This document shows, piece after piece, positions 8,656 to 17,964 of a stretch of 37,874 nt of DNA; position 1 is the stretch's first letter; each line of letters begins with the position of its first letter. The stretch spans positions 1 to 37,874 of the forward strand of contig CAYIEX010000001.1 of NCBI GenBank assembly GCA_964362485.1, given 5' to 3'. The position numbers and the translations under genes were made by a program. A model generated the notes under the pieces. It did not search any database and was not told the origin of the DNA. It saw only the letters and a list, made by a program, of their open reading frames with translations. This DNA is from an uncultured Methanosarcinales archaeon (GTDB lineage: Archaea > Nanobdellota > Nanobdellia > Woesearchaeales > GW2011-AR9).

Positions 8656-9381
8656 TTACCACTTCCGACAGAAAATTAGAAATCCCGTGTGGCCAAGCAT
8701 TTGAAACTCAGGACGCAGGATTTTATCTTCAATTTTCCATTTGCGTTCGATGAGTTCCACCATCTCAACAAAAGAAACCTTGCTGCCTTTGAGCGATTTT
8801 ACGAACTCTTGTGCTTGGGTGAGATTTGGAAGGTAGACGACTAAGTGCCCCCCCTCTTTAAGTGCTTTAGAAGCGTGGGGGAGTGCTTTCCAGGGTTCGG
8901 GTAAATCGAACGTAATGAGGTCGAGATTAGCTTCATCAATTCCTTTGTAAATATCTTGATGTTTAAGAGTAAGGTTTTCAAAGCCGAGCAGTTTTTTGTT
9001 TTTGGTAATTACATCATAGTGTTCAGCATTGATTTCGTAGACGGTGACCTCTTTACAAATATTGGCAAGAGAAAGACAGAGAGAACCGCTACCACCACCG
9101 GCGTCAAGGACCATGGAATCTTTATTGACTCCGGTCTTGGTAATAATGAGTCCAATATCTTTATGGATCATAACTTGGGGACCACGGGCAAACATTTCCC
9201 AAAGGTCAGCAAACTGCGGTTCAAGTATAATGAACGTTTCGCCTTTAGTGGATTTGATACGACCACCTTTTTGAATGTCTTTAGGAGATAGAATGCCCGA
9301 TGCCGTGTGAAATTCGGAGGTGGAATCTTTAATGAGAAATTTTTTACCCGTACCAATCTCGATTGCTACTTTTTTGGACAT
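8656..9381 (-). CDS. trmI: tRNA (adenine-N1)-methyltransferase TrmI (Gcd14 family)
   Basis: 241 aa with RGPQVMIHKDIGLI, the SAM motif VLDAGGGSGSL, FDLPEPW and C-terminal RPE....HTGFLIFCRK. Confidence 0.85.
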   Translation of the reverse strand: MSKKVAIEIGTGKKFLIKDSTSEFHTASGILSPKDIQKGGRIKSTKGETFIILEPQFADLWEMFARGPQVMIHKDIGLIITKTGVNKDSMVLDAGGGSGSLCLSLANICKEVTVYEINAEHYDVITKNKKLLGFENLTLKHQDIYKGIDEANLDLITFDLPEPWKALPHASKALKEGGHLVVYLPNLTQAQEFVKSLKGSKVSFVEMVELIERKWKIEDKILRPEFQMLGHTGFLIFCRKW

Positions 9382-9423
9382 GGAGGAGTGATGGAGAGAG
9401 AATCTTTTAAAGGTTTTGGCGAA

Positions 9424-9780
9424 CTAAGGTAATGATTCTTCGGATGGATCACAAAATTCTAGTCTTTCTTTTGGTAATATGAGGAGGCGATAACTGGATC
9501 TATGACGGGCGTTTTCGCGAAAAAATTGATTGACTAGGTCTTCATAGCAACGGAAGGTGACCACAGAAACGTCCGTTGGAGAGCGATCAATAAGATTTGG
9601 AATCCAGCTAATAAGAATATAACGGCCGATAAATGGCCCCCAATCAGCCGGTGGACTGTGATGGTCAAATTCCACGGCTTTGATTTCATGCGACGAATGG
9701 AGCAAATCCTCAACAGAAGCGTAGCGGCTCACGTGTAAAGATCCAATGGTTGCATCTATCCCTACGTAGTTGGAGTCCAT
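9424..9780 (-). CDS. Hypothetical protein
   Basis: 118-aa ORF filling the gap between trmI and taw3. No recognisable motif. Confidence 0.45.
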   Translation of the reverse strand: MDSNYVGIDATIGSLHVSRYASVEDLLHSSHEIKAVEFDHHSPPADWGPFIGRYILISWIPNLIDRSPTDVSVVTFRCYEDLVNQFFRENARHRSSYRLLILPKERLEFCDPSEESLP

Positions 9781-9854
9781 GGCGTTAGGTAATGGGAGGC
9801 ATTTATATATTTTTAGGACAAAGTTTTTTATAGAATTTGAGTGCTTGCTAAGAA

Positions 9855-10400
9855 ATGACTTTTCCCAATGACAAAAAGACGTTTCTTGCTAAATTGGATA
9901 AAAGTAAGAAGGGAAGTATCGATGAGAGGGGAGTTCCATTGCTTAATACCGTTAATGCGCTGGAAAATTATTACACGACATCATCGTGTTCAGGGCGAGT
10001 GTATCTCTGGAGCGGTTCAGGAAAGAAAAATGAGACGCAATGGTTAAAGATGAGCCATGACCCTATCGCACTTGATTTTTTTGAGTTGGATAATCCAAAG
10101 GGAGTGGTGTGGCTGCGTTTTGAATCATCGATTTTTCACATCTGTTGCAAGGATTTAGAGAGCGCCAATTCGTTGTTGCTAAAAGCTCGCACGTACTATA
10201 AAAAGAGTAGTATTCTCACAGCAAGCAATAAAATTATTGTAGAAATACGTGGTGGTGATGTAATTGAGATGCCATTTTACATTGATGGAGAAAGAGTGTT
10301 TTCGGGAGATTTGGTGTGGCTTTTGAGCCTAATTAATTCGAAGATGAATTTGATGTGGAATAAAATGGAGAAGCTACGAGTTGGTTTATCTAAAAAATAA
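9855..10400 (+). CDS. taw3: tRNA wybutosine-synthesizing protein 3 homolog (Taw3/TYW3 methyltransferase)
   Basis: 181 aa with the signature DKSKKGSIDERGVPLLNTVNALENYYTTSSCSGRV. Confidence 0.75.
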   Translation: MTFPNDKKTFLAKLDKSKKGSIDERGVPLLNTVNALENYYTTSSCSGRVYLWSGSGKKNETQWLKMSHDPIALDFFELDNPKGVVWLRFESSIFHICCKDLESANSLLLKARTYYKKSSILTASNKIIVEIRGGDVIEMPFYIDGERVFSGDLVWLLSLINSKMNLMWNKMEKLRVGLSKK

Positions 10401-10405
10401 GGCCA

Positions 10406-10771
10406 CTACTTTCCTGCAAGTGCATTGAGGACATCATTACAAAATTTCTCGGTATTTCTAATATACTCGCGGGTTCTATCAATTGGGGTGGGCCCAGACC
10501 TTTGCATAAAAATAGGGAATCCTAAAATCGGCGGTGTTGCTGTCCATTGTACTTGTTTTGACGCTTCGTCTCGTAAATATCGAACGGCTTCGACGGCTCG
10601 CTCTTGAGGCATACTGTTAATTGTTGCAACTAAATGATCTGGATCCATGCGGGCATAATCCAAACCAATACCCTTGGCTTTGTAAATTCCGCACTCACCA
10701 TCAACGGATACTATTTTATCACGGATTTTAAAATCATATACTTTGGCATCCACCATTGTAGCAACCCCCAT
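10406..10771 (-). CDS. Hypothetical protein
   Basis: 121-aa ORF downstream of the surface-protein pair. No recognisable motif. Confidence 0.45.
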   Translation of the reverse strand: MGVATMVDAKVYDFKIRDKIVSVDGECGIYKAKGIGLDYARMDPDHLVATINSMPQERAVEAVRYLRDEASKQVQWTATPPILGFPIFMQRSGPTPIDRTREYIRNTEKFCNDVLNALAGK

Positions 10772-10809
10772 GGTTATATTGTTAAAAAATGTTACTAAAA
10801 AGAAAAAAA

Positions 10810-13800
10810 TTATTCTTTACTCACTCGATCTTCCCTGTGTCTTGGTCTCTTGCTTTTCATTCCCACGGCAATTGCCATGATGATTGCTATTAAGATGAGG
10901 AAGGCTAACGCTGCAAGGAAGGGAATGTAAAGGCTGCTATCCCTAAAAGATGCAGTAACTGAACTTGCACTCTGGGCAGTTTGTCTTCCAGCAAGATCAC
11001 GCGCAAGCTGTGCTCGAAGTGCATCTGCAGTAGCATCACCGTTGCTATACACTTGGCGACCTTGAGTTCCGGTGCTGGTTTGGCTGCAGGCAGAGATAAC
11101 AAGATTGACGGTTTGTGTCTCTTCTACATCGCTATCCCGTACTACTTCAATAGTAATTGGGTAGGTTCCCGGTGCAGCATTAGGTACTTCAATTTGGAAG
11201 TTGACACTAATATCGTTATCAGACCTTGAGAAGTCGTCAAGTTCTATTGCAGTGCGGCGCTGATCTAAACCAAGAGCAGTGTTATGGATGCGGATCTCAA
11301 CATCATCTTCATCGCTCTTGCCTTGATTTTCAACATTGACTTGCATAATTGTATCACGCGCGCACTGAAGAGTACTGGTGGCGAGAGACGCACGAGTAAT
11401 TACAAGATCGTGGCGCTCGCGTTCGACATCGATTGTTTTGCTCTCCTCGGCTTGATGTTCTGTGTCATCATTTGCCTCGGCTTCAACTTCGACTTCGATA
11501 GTGTAGTCATCCTCATCTAAGTCTTCACCTGCGAGGTTAAAGGTAATAGTGACTTCATCATCATCACCTGAATCCAAGTCAAATTCTTCGGACTCCTCTT
11601 CAAGATCATCATTATCAACATCAAGAATACGTACCGTTACAACAACATCTTCCAGGTCTTCATCGTAATCATTGCGGACTTTGACCTCGATTTCATTATC
11701 TTCGCCAGGCTGCAAATCTCCACTCGTTTTACCGTTTATTTTGATACTTTCAACAACAAGAAAGCTTACGGGGTCGATGATTATAGGAGTGGTAGTATTG
11801 GCCTCTGCTCCTGAAACTCGTAAGGAGCCAATGGAATGACTACTTTCAACTTCATTGGCTGGAATACTTATACTTAATTCTAGCTCAGCTTGGGCATTTG
11901 CGGCAATCTGACGAGGCAGAGCACGAGTGATGGTTGCGCCATAGGCTGCTGCAACATTTTCAAATGAAGCAACAACATCGGTTAACGGTGCATCATCGGT
12001 GTTTGTCACGGTGACGGTGATTGTCACATTGTCACTACGACGAACTCCGGTTATTTCTATGGGGCTTATTTCAATTCCTGGAACACCTGCTTCATTCACG
12101 CGATAGGTTGAAAAGCCAGGTACGGAGAACGTGATACTTGTAGCAGTGCTGCCAATTATACGGCAGTCATTGCATGTACCAAATGCCCCTTGATTGAATC
12201 CAGCTGCTCTTTGGATGATGGGGTTGGTAAACCCGCGATTAAGGGTGATGGTTGCCGGCTGATTAAGTTCTGGTGCGTCGGCACTATTAACGGCAACGGT
12301 GCTGCTTGTGAGAGTTACTACATCGCTAATATCAGTAATTGAAGAGAGATCTACCTTCTGGTTGTAATCGAGCTTCCCAAATTGGTTCTCAAGAACAAGA
12401 CTTACTGAATCGATGTTATCCTCAGCTTCTATGTTTGTTGTTGCAGCGCCGGGGAAATCATTGAATCCAGAGGGACGATCTTGTAGTCGTACTGTCCAGC
12501 TGTGGGAAATTTCTGATTCTTGACCTTCATTGACTAATAGAGTTAAAGTATATTCATCCGGTGGAAAGGCGTTGCCGGCAAGTGTGATTTGGTCGTCTTG
12601 CCCTAGAACAGCGTCTTCGTCGCCCATATCCAATAACCAGTTATAAGTTAGAGGAATGTCATCTGGATTATTTACGTTGATGGAAAAATCTTGAGATTGC
12701 TCGTCATCAATGTTTATTGTATCTTCCTCCGGGGAAAATTCCTCAAAGGAAAGATCGCTGCAAGTACCTAGCGTTAATTCTAGATCCTGGGATGTTAAAG
12801 CGTTAAAAGGATTGGCAGCTCGAGCGACACTAACCCGTAAAGTAGAATCGCCTTCAGAATCTTGCAATGAAAGTGGTAACACTACATTTCCTTCTTGACC
12901 GATGGCTAACGGGAGGGGTTGATCAACATCGTCTTGGTCATCACCGGACACGGTTACAATAAGATTCTCTGCACTTCGGCCAATGTTAGCGACATTAACG
13001 TGAAGATTGAGATTTTGTTTTTCAACACAGCCAAATTCGGTATCCTCTTCTCCATTAATTAGTAATGTTACAATTTTAACATCATGCGTAGATTTGACAA
13101 TTGGGACAGTAACTTTTTGCTGACCTTCATACTCGCTGGCTGGAACATCTTGATCTGCGCCACTGGTAATAAATTTTAGTGAGTATTCTCTTTCTGCAGC
13201 ATTGTAAGGAATCTCATAATAGAAATTATAGGTGGTACTATCTTGCGGCCCTAAGACCCGCGGATCTTCATCTAGATCAAGTGGTTCTTCAAAGACAACA
13301 CCATCATCTGCTACTTCAAGACGGATGTTCTCCATGAGGGGCTCGATATCATCTTGATTAAAGAGTGGATGATTATTGTTTGTGAAAAGGTTAATTACGT
13401 TGACACGAAAGAAGGCAGTATCGCCTGGTTTGAATGAAATTGTTCTTCCCGCGTTGGTCAGAGCTACGAAGTTTTCGTCATCACGACTAGCACTTACACT
13501 TAGAATTGAGAGTACGGAGTTAACTTGGATATTAAAAGTCTCGGTAGTGGACTCACCTGCTTGGTCTAGTACAATAATTTGAATATTGCGTAGAGGGGCT
13601 TGTCCTACAAGAGGAGTATAGGAGAGAAGTCCGACGGAGCTAATACTAAGATTACGCACACCAGCATTTTCAACTATCTTATAGGTTAGACTACCCGCCT
13701 CAGGATCACTCGCCTGTACTTGTAACGTGCTTGTCATGCCTTCAATTATTTCCCAAGTATCAATAGATTCAACTACTGGTGGTGCAGCAAGCGCTACCAC

Positions 13801-13842
13801 TGAAAAAATTAGCATCAAAATAGTCCAAATTGCAGCTCGCAT
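10810..13842 (-). CDS. Large acidic cell-surface protein (signal peptide, Ig/CARDB-like beta modules, C-terminal TM anchor)
   Basis: 1010 aa. It has an N-terminal signal peptide MRAAIWTILMLIFSVVALAAPP, D/E-rich beta-type modules, and a C-terminal hydrophobic anchor LYIPFLAALAFLILIAIIMAIAV followed by a basic tail. The SD-like GGGAG lies upstream of the ATG, and oligo-T follows the stop. Confidence 0.7.
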   Translation of the reverse strand: MRAAIWTILMLIFSVVALAAPPVVESIDTWEIIEGMTSTLQVQASDPEAGSLTYKIVENAGVRNLSISSVGLLSYTPLVGQAPLRNIQIIVLDQAGESTTETFNIQVNSVLSILSVSASRDDENFVALTNAGRTISFKPGDTAFFRVNVINLFTNNNHPLFNQDDIEPLMENIRLEVADDGVVFEEPLDLDEDPRVLGPQDSTTYNFYYEIPYNAAEREYSLKFITSGADQDVPASEYEGQQKVTVPIVKSTHDVKIVTLLINGEEDTEFGCVEKQNLNLHVNVANIGRSAENLIVTVSGDDQDDVDQPLPLAIGQEGNVVLPLSLQDSEGDSTLRVSVARAANPFNALTSQDLELTLGTCSDLSFEEFSPEEDTINIDDEQSQDFSINVNNPDDIPLTYNWLLDMGDEDAVLGQDDQITLAGNAFPPDEYTLTLLVNEGQESEISHSWTVRLQDRPSGFNDFPGAATTNIEAEDNIDSVSLVLENQFGKLDYNQKVDLSSITDISDVVTLTSSTVAVNSADAPELNQPATITLNRGFTNPIIQRAAGFNQGAFGTCNDCRIIGSTATSITFSVPGFSTYRVNEAGVPGIEISPIEITGVRRSDNVTITVTVTNTDDAPLTDVVASFENVAAAYGATITRALPRQIAANAQAELELSISIPANEVESSHSIGSLRVSGAEANTTTPIIIDPVSFLVVESIKINGKTSGDLQPGEDNEIEVKVRNDYDEDLEDVVVTVRILDVDNDDLEEESEEFDLDSGDDDEVTITFNLAGEDLDEDDYTIEVEVEAEANDDTEHQAEESKTIDVERERHDLVITRASLATSTLQCARDTIMQVNVENQGKSDEDDVEIRIHNTALGLDQRRTAIELDDFSRSDNDISVNFQIEVPNAAPGTYPITIEVVRDSDVEETQTVNLVISACSQTSTGTQGRQVYSNGDATADALRAQLARDLAGRQTAQSASSVTASFRDSSLYIPFLAALAFLILIAIIMAIAVGMKSKRPRHREDRVSKE

Positions 13843-13857
13843 GGTAATTCTCCCTTC

Positions 13858-15318
13858 TTATCGTAATAGTACGATAAAGAAGATTATTATGAGGGCAATT
13901 ACAACAACAATGGCAATGATTAATCCTGCGATGAGAAAATCATCATTGGTGTAAGGCTCTTCAATTGTTTGTACAACACCGGGTGCTGGTCCCGGTTGGG
14001 ACGTTGAGGCATTAGGTGTTGTAGGTGGTGTTGATACTCCTGTACCAGTTGGAGGTGGTGTCGTGGTTGACCCATTCTGGGAAGATCGTGGAGGGGTTGG
14101 GGAATTACTTGGGGGGACAGACTCTTCTTCGTCATCAACACATTTGGTTACAACAAGATTGACTCTTTTCTCATCTACTAACTCATCGCGATCGATGAAA
14201 GCTTTAAAGATGAGAGCATGTGTACCTTCGCGAGGAGCTTTTTTGAGTAGGATATTGAAGCTTTGCGTATAGGTATCATCCTCATCAAATTCTTCAAGGT
14301 TGATATCAGCAACGTTTTCATTAATTCCTAGCTCACTGTTTACAATACCTAGAGCAGTATATTTTTGGTCATTAGTCCCAAAGTTGCGAAGCTCCGTGTT
14401 AATAATGAATTCACGGTCACAAGTGGTCATGCTAACAGGAAGAAGAGTTGATTTCGTGATTCGAACATCGTCTCGGTCGCGTTCAACATCAATTGATAGT
14501 TCAAACGTCTCTTCATGCTCAAAACCTTCCCCATCAGTTGCTTTAATGGTGAACTCAATTGTATAATCACCAGCATCAGCATCATCAGCAATCTTGGCAT
14601 CTAAGACAAATTCTTCTTTGGTATTCGCATCAAGCTCATCAAGATCATATTCATCATCAAGATCATCTTCAAAAAGATCATTTTCAAAGTCAATACTCAG
14701 GGTCAGATCTTCAAGAGCACTTTTATCTTCATCATAATCAGAGTCAAAGATATTTTTATACTCAATTGCGATGCGCAGATCACTGCCAGGGCGAACAGAA
14801 TCAGCAAGTTTAAGGGTAGAATCATCACCATCAAAGTCATCGGATTGTGTGTCACCATCTTTATCAGTGTAATCAGCGTCAATGGATTGAATGTCAATCA
14901 TAGATTCAGTATTTTGAGCAAGAGTAAGACGGTCTTGTTCAGTATTACTTCCGTCTTTAAGAATGAGTGTTCCGATGCTGGTTCGGCCTGCATCCTGTTT
15001 ATGGGGTACATCGATAGAAGTAGTAATACGTCTCGTTTCGCCAGCACTGAGGTTTATTTCAGTCAGGGAGGTGGCATTATAACCGGAGGGAAGACCTTCA
15101 AATGTGAAACGTGCTAGGGTAGCTGCTTCATTGGTGTTACGAACATCAAATTCGAGGGTTCGTCGAAGCGTCTCTTGATCTTCATCATTGAAGTCGCCAT
15201 AATCAACGTCGATTGTTGTGTTTGCTTCACCAAATTCTAATACTGCACTTGCCGAAGCAAGAGAAATAAGTAAGATTAGTCCAAGTAATAGTGCGGTTTT
15301 AATTTTGTTCCACCCCAA
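13858..15318 (-). CDS. Acidic cell-surface protein, paralog of the downstream gene (signal peptide, P/T/S stalk, C-terminal TM anchor)
   Basis: 486 aa with signal peptide LLLGLILLISLASASA, a P/T/S-rich stalk and the TM anchor FLIAGLIIAIVVVIALIIIFFIVLL. The last ~220 extracellular aa align with the 1010-aa neighbour. The start codon is apparently TTG. Confidence 0.65.
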   Translation of the reverse strand: MGWNKIKTALLLGLILLISLASASAVLEFGEANTTIDVDYGDFNDEDQETLRRTLEFDVRNTNEAATLARFTFEGLPSGYNATSLTEINLSAGETRRITTSIDVPHKQDAGRTSIGTLILKDGSNTEQDRLTLAQNTESMIDIQSIDADYTDKDGDTQSDDFDGDDSTLKLADSVRPGSDLRIAIEYKNIFDSDYDEDKSALEDLTLSIDFENDLFEDDLDDEYDLDELDANTKEEFVLDAKIADDADAGDYTIEFTIKATDGEGFEHEETFELSIDVERDRDDVRITKSTLLPVSMTTCDREFIINTELRNFGTNDQKYTALGIVNSELGINENVADINLEEFDEDDTYTQSFNILLKKAPREGTHALIFKAFIDRDELVDEKRVNLVVTKCVDDEEESVPPSNSPTPPRSSQNGSTTTPPPTGTGVSTPPTTPNASTSQPGPAPGVVQTIEEPYTNDDFLIAGLIIAIVVVIALIIIFFIVLLR

Positions 15319-15444
15319 AGTGTTTTTATTTTAAAGTAGTTAATACTTTTTTAAGCATTTAGCTACTCCACTATATAAATGTTAATGCATTATTGGCGAA
15401 AAAGAAGATTAAGAAAAATAAAAATTTATCAAATGGCTATATGC

Positions 15445-15969
15445 CTATTTACTCCCCATGTAGAAGAATTTCTCGATGGAAACATCCTGCACATTATAGT
15501 TTCCAGAGCGAGGGTGGCTACTTGACGAACTAGGAGCACTAGCACTACCACGAAGCGCTGGATTTGAGGGTAGTATCTGAGGAGATGACGATGGCATTGA
15601 ACTGGTAACGGTTGGTGTGCTACGAGTTTGACTGCGAAGGCTCTTTACTTCGTTTTCTAGGGCAGTTATTTTCTCGGAGAATTCTTTGATTTTACTGACT
15701 AAGAATTTAGTATTTTGTTCTAAGATACTGCGAACACTATCCTGGGATAGCTCATTTTCCTGAGAAGATCCTGAATTTCTGACTTCATTTGCGGCATTTG
15801 CGGAGCGCTGGACTTTGTTTAATGTTTCTCGTATGTTACTGTTGTCTCCGTCTCGATTACGATATATTCCCTCAGCCATAACAACGGCTTCCTCACGATC
15901 GCCAGCGAGACCTTGTTTTAGGAGATCAAGTGCGAGTGTATTTATCTTTTGAATTCGTTCCACATCCAT
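15445..15969 (-). CDS. Hypothetical coiled-coil protein with a Ser-rich tail
   Basis: 174 aa with a helical N-terminus, a heptad-like segment KFLVSKIKEFSEKITALENEVKSLRSQ, and a low-complexity S/P-rich C-terminus. Confidence 0.5.
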   Translation of the reverse strand: MDVERIQKINTLALDLLKQGLAGDREEAVVMAEGIYRNRDGDNSNIRETLNKVQRSANAANEVRNSGSSQENELSQDSVRSILEQNTKFLVSKIKEFSEKITALENEVKSLRSQTRSTPTVTSSMPSSSPQILPSNPALRGSASAPSSSSSHPRSGNYNVQDVSIEKFFYMGSK

Positions 15970-16108
15970 TTTTAACGCCTCATTTTATTTTTTGACTTGT
16001 TGGATCTAAAATGGCTTATAATGTTTTCTATTCTAGTAGATATAGGATGTAAAGAACTGAAAGTGAGAAAAAGCTGAGCGGAGATAAAAGATAAAAAAGA
16101 GATAAGAT

Positions 16109-16252
16109 TTATCCACATACGATTGGAACTTTGAAAGGTAAGACTCCCGTAGTTCCAAGCATAACCAAAACTAGTGCGACAATGATACCAAACACGAGCC
16201 CATACAAGAAGAATTTGAACTCGATTACACCCAACTGACCTCTTTTATCCAT
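16109..16252 (-). CDS. Small (47-aa) membrane protein with a class III (prepilin-like) signal-peptide look; not in the ORF track
   Basis: Hand translation gives MDKRGQLGVIEFKFFLYGLVFGIIVALVLVMLGTTGVLPFKVPIVCG. It has a KRGQ motif followed by a hydrophobic helix. The TATA tatataaa (16276-16283) is centred about 27 nt upstream of the ATG, the same geometry as other leaderless genes here. Confidence 0.4.
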   Translation of the reverse strand: MDKRGQLGVIEFKFFLYGLVFGIIVALVLVMLGTTGVLPFKVPIVCG

Positions 16253-16275
16253 GGTAGCAAATGATTACATTAGCG

Positions 16276-16283
16276 TATATAAA
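16276..16283 (-). promoter_or_regulatory. TATA box for the 47-aa ORF
   Basis: tatataaa is centred 27-28 nt from the ATG at 16252. Confidence 0.4.
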
Positions 16284-16323
16284 TCTTTCGCTGAACCGTT
16301 TTTTGGAAGAAAATACCACAACA

Positions 16324-16355
16324 TTTATAAACAGGGAAGAGAAAATGTATATAAA
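16324..16355 (+). promoter_or_regulatory. tfb promoter region with two candidate TATA boxes
   Basis: tttataaa (16324-16331) and tatataaa (16348-16355), followed by the SD-like GGGAGG (16378-16383) and ATG at 16392. Confidence 0.45.
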
Positions 16356-16391
16356 GGTAACGTTTACAAGCCTTTCTGGGAGGATATACCC

Positions 16392-17318
16392 ATGATGCGT
16401 AAATCGATAAAAGAATGCCCTGAATGTGCAAGCCGAAATATTTTTCGTGATGCTGAAAAAGGTGAAACAGTCTGTCGTGATTGTGGTCTTGTTATCGAAG
16501 ATCGCATGGTTGATTTTTCTCAAGAATGGCGTGACTTTGAAGAAGATGGTGGAGAGGGAGCTCGTCGCCGTACTGGTGCACCATCCAGTCAAACTCAATT
16601 CGATCAAGGTCTTGGAACTGAAGTTGGTTCCGCATCCGATTTTTATAAGTTAGATTCTGATCGTGAACGTGATAAATTCTTTCGTTTACGAAAATGGAAT
16701 ATCCGTATTAGCACTGCTATTGAACGAAACCTGAAAGTAGCTCTTGCCGAATTGAAAAGAGTAAGTTCATTCTTACGGTTGCCTCGCTCAGTTGAAGAAG
16801 AAGCCGCCCGTATTTATCGCTTGGCAGTTCAAAAGGGACTTGTGCGTGGTCGATCAATGGAATCTGTGATTGCAGGAGCACTCTATGCAGCATGTCGCCG
16901 ACACGAGATCCCACGAACTCTTGATGAGATGGGTGAAGCGTCCGGGATCGAAAAGAAAGAAATTGGTCGGACCTATCGCTTTGTTACCCGAGAACTTGAA
17001 ATTAGTATTAGACCAAGTAATCCGGCGGATTATATTCCACGTTTCGCATCTGCGTTGAAATTGAGTCCAGAAACACAGTCGAAAGCGGTTGAAATATTGG
17101 AACTTGCTCGCGACATCGAACTCACATCAGGACGTGGTCCAACAGGTATTGCCGCTGCTGCGCTTTATGTTGCATCACTCATTCATGGCGAGAAGCGAAC
17201 GCAACGGGAAGTTGCGGATGTTGCTGGTGTTACTGAAGTTACGATTCGTAATCGCTACAAAGAGTTGATTAAGAAATTGAAACTCGGTAAAGATGTTGAG
17301 AAGAATAAGAAGAAATAA
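16392..17318 (+). CDS. tfb: Transcription initiation factor IIB (TFB)
   Basis: It has the zinc ribbon CPECASRNIFRDAEKGETVCRDCG, a B-linker and two cyclin-like repeats. I place the start at the MMRKS methionine, giving 308 aa, a typical TFB length. The track start at 16251 would run through the promoters. Confidence 0.9.
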   Translation: MMRKSIKECPECASRNIFRDAEKGETVCRDCGLVIEDRMVDFSQEWRDFEEDGGEGARRRTGAPSSQTQFDQGLGTEVGSASDFYKLDSDRERDKFFRLRKWNIRISTAIERNLKVALAELKRVSSFLRLPRSVEEEAARIYRLAVQKGLVRGRSMESVIAGALYAACRRHEIPRTLDEMGEASGIEKKEIGRTYRFVTRELEISIRPSNPADYIPRFASALKLSPETQSKAVEILELARDIELTSGRGPTGIAAAALYVASLIHGEKRTQREVADVAGVTEVTIRNRYKELIKKLKLGKDVEKNKKK

Positions 17319-17320
17319 AA

Positions 17321-17334
17321 TTTTTTAGTTTTTT
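17321..17334 (+). terminator. Oligo-T terminator after tfb
   Basis: Two T6 runs (ttttttagtttttt) lie immediately after the TAA stop. Confidence 0.5.
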
Positions 17335-17457
17335 GAGATTGGTTTTGCTGAGTGTTTTTAATTAACTTAATTCTAGAATCAAAGTAAATATTTATAAATA
17401 TTGCACTCCTTACTGATGATAATATAATTCTAGGTGTAAGATAGATGTATCCTATCA

Positions 17458-17937
17458 ATGACCAAAACCCATTTAGAATTTGGACAAATCAGTCACATTT
17501 ATTTATGGATTGATCCACAATGGTATGCAATTGGGCAAGATTGCAGTGCTGAGATACAACGGTATCATTCCATGATAGATTCCTTGTGTTCTAGAGGAGA
17601 TACGGGATTACTTGAGCTTCCGGAGAAAACATATATAGAATACATGGGGCTTCATGAATATTCTGATTTTGTTCTAGCTTTTGAAGCGGTCGAAAAAAGA
17701 GCAAGATTGGAATTGGGTACTCGATTCCAACAATGGCCAAAAGGATCATTCGTTAAAGGGGATAGTGAAATCCATGTTGATCGAATAAGAAGAGGCTTTA
17801 AGATTGGAAAAAATTTGGAGGAAATAACTGTTTTTGGAAAAAATAAAGATGGTGTGCTATACCAAACAATGAGCTGTCATTTGAATCTTTTAGCACGACG
17901 TGTAAATCATAAAGTTGGAATTGTGCCGATATTGTAG
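17458..17937 (+). CDS. Hypothetical protein
   Basis: 159-aa ORF, co-directional with the tfb-to-DHH gene string. No recognisable motif. Confidence 0.45.
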   Translation: MTKTHLEFGQISHIYLWIDPQWYAIGQDCSAEIQRYHSMIDSLCSRGDTGLLELPEKTYIEYMGLHEYSDFVLAFEAVEKRARLELGTRFQQWPKGSFVKGDSEIHVDRIRRGFKIGKNLEEITVFGKNKDGVLYQTMSCHLNLLARRVNHKVGIVPIL

Positions 17938-17964
17938 AGAGAGTTTGTAATTGTAACAAAAAGT

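Noticed and set aside
16245-16607. 120-aa minus-strand ORF, and the 47-codon N-terminal extension of TFB (16251-16391)
   Set aside because: The minus ORF is antisense to the TFB zinc ribbon. The TFB extension would run through two TATA boxes and an SD-like GGGAGG and would give an atypically long TFB. The MMRKS start at 16392 is preferred.
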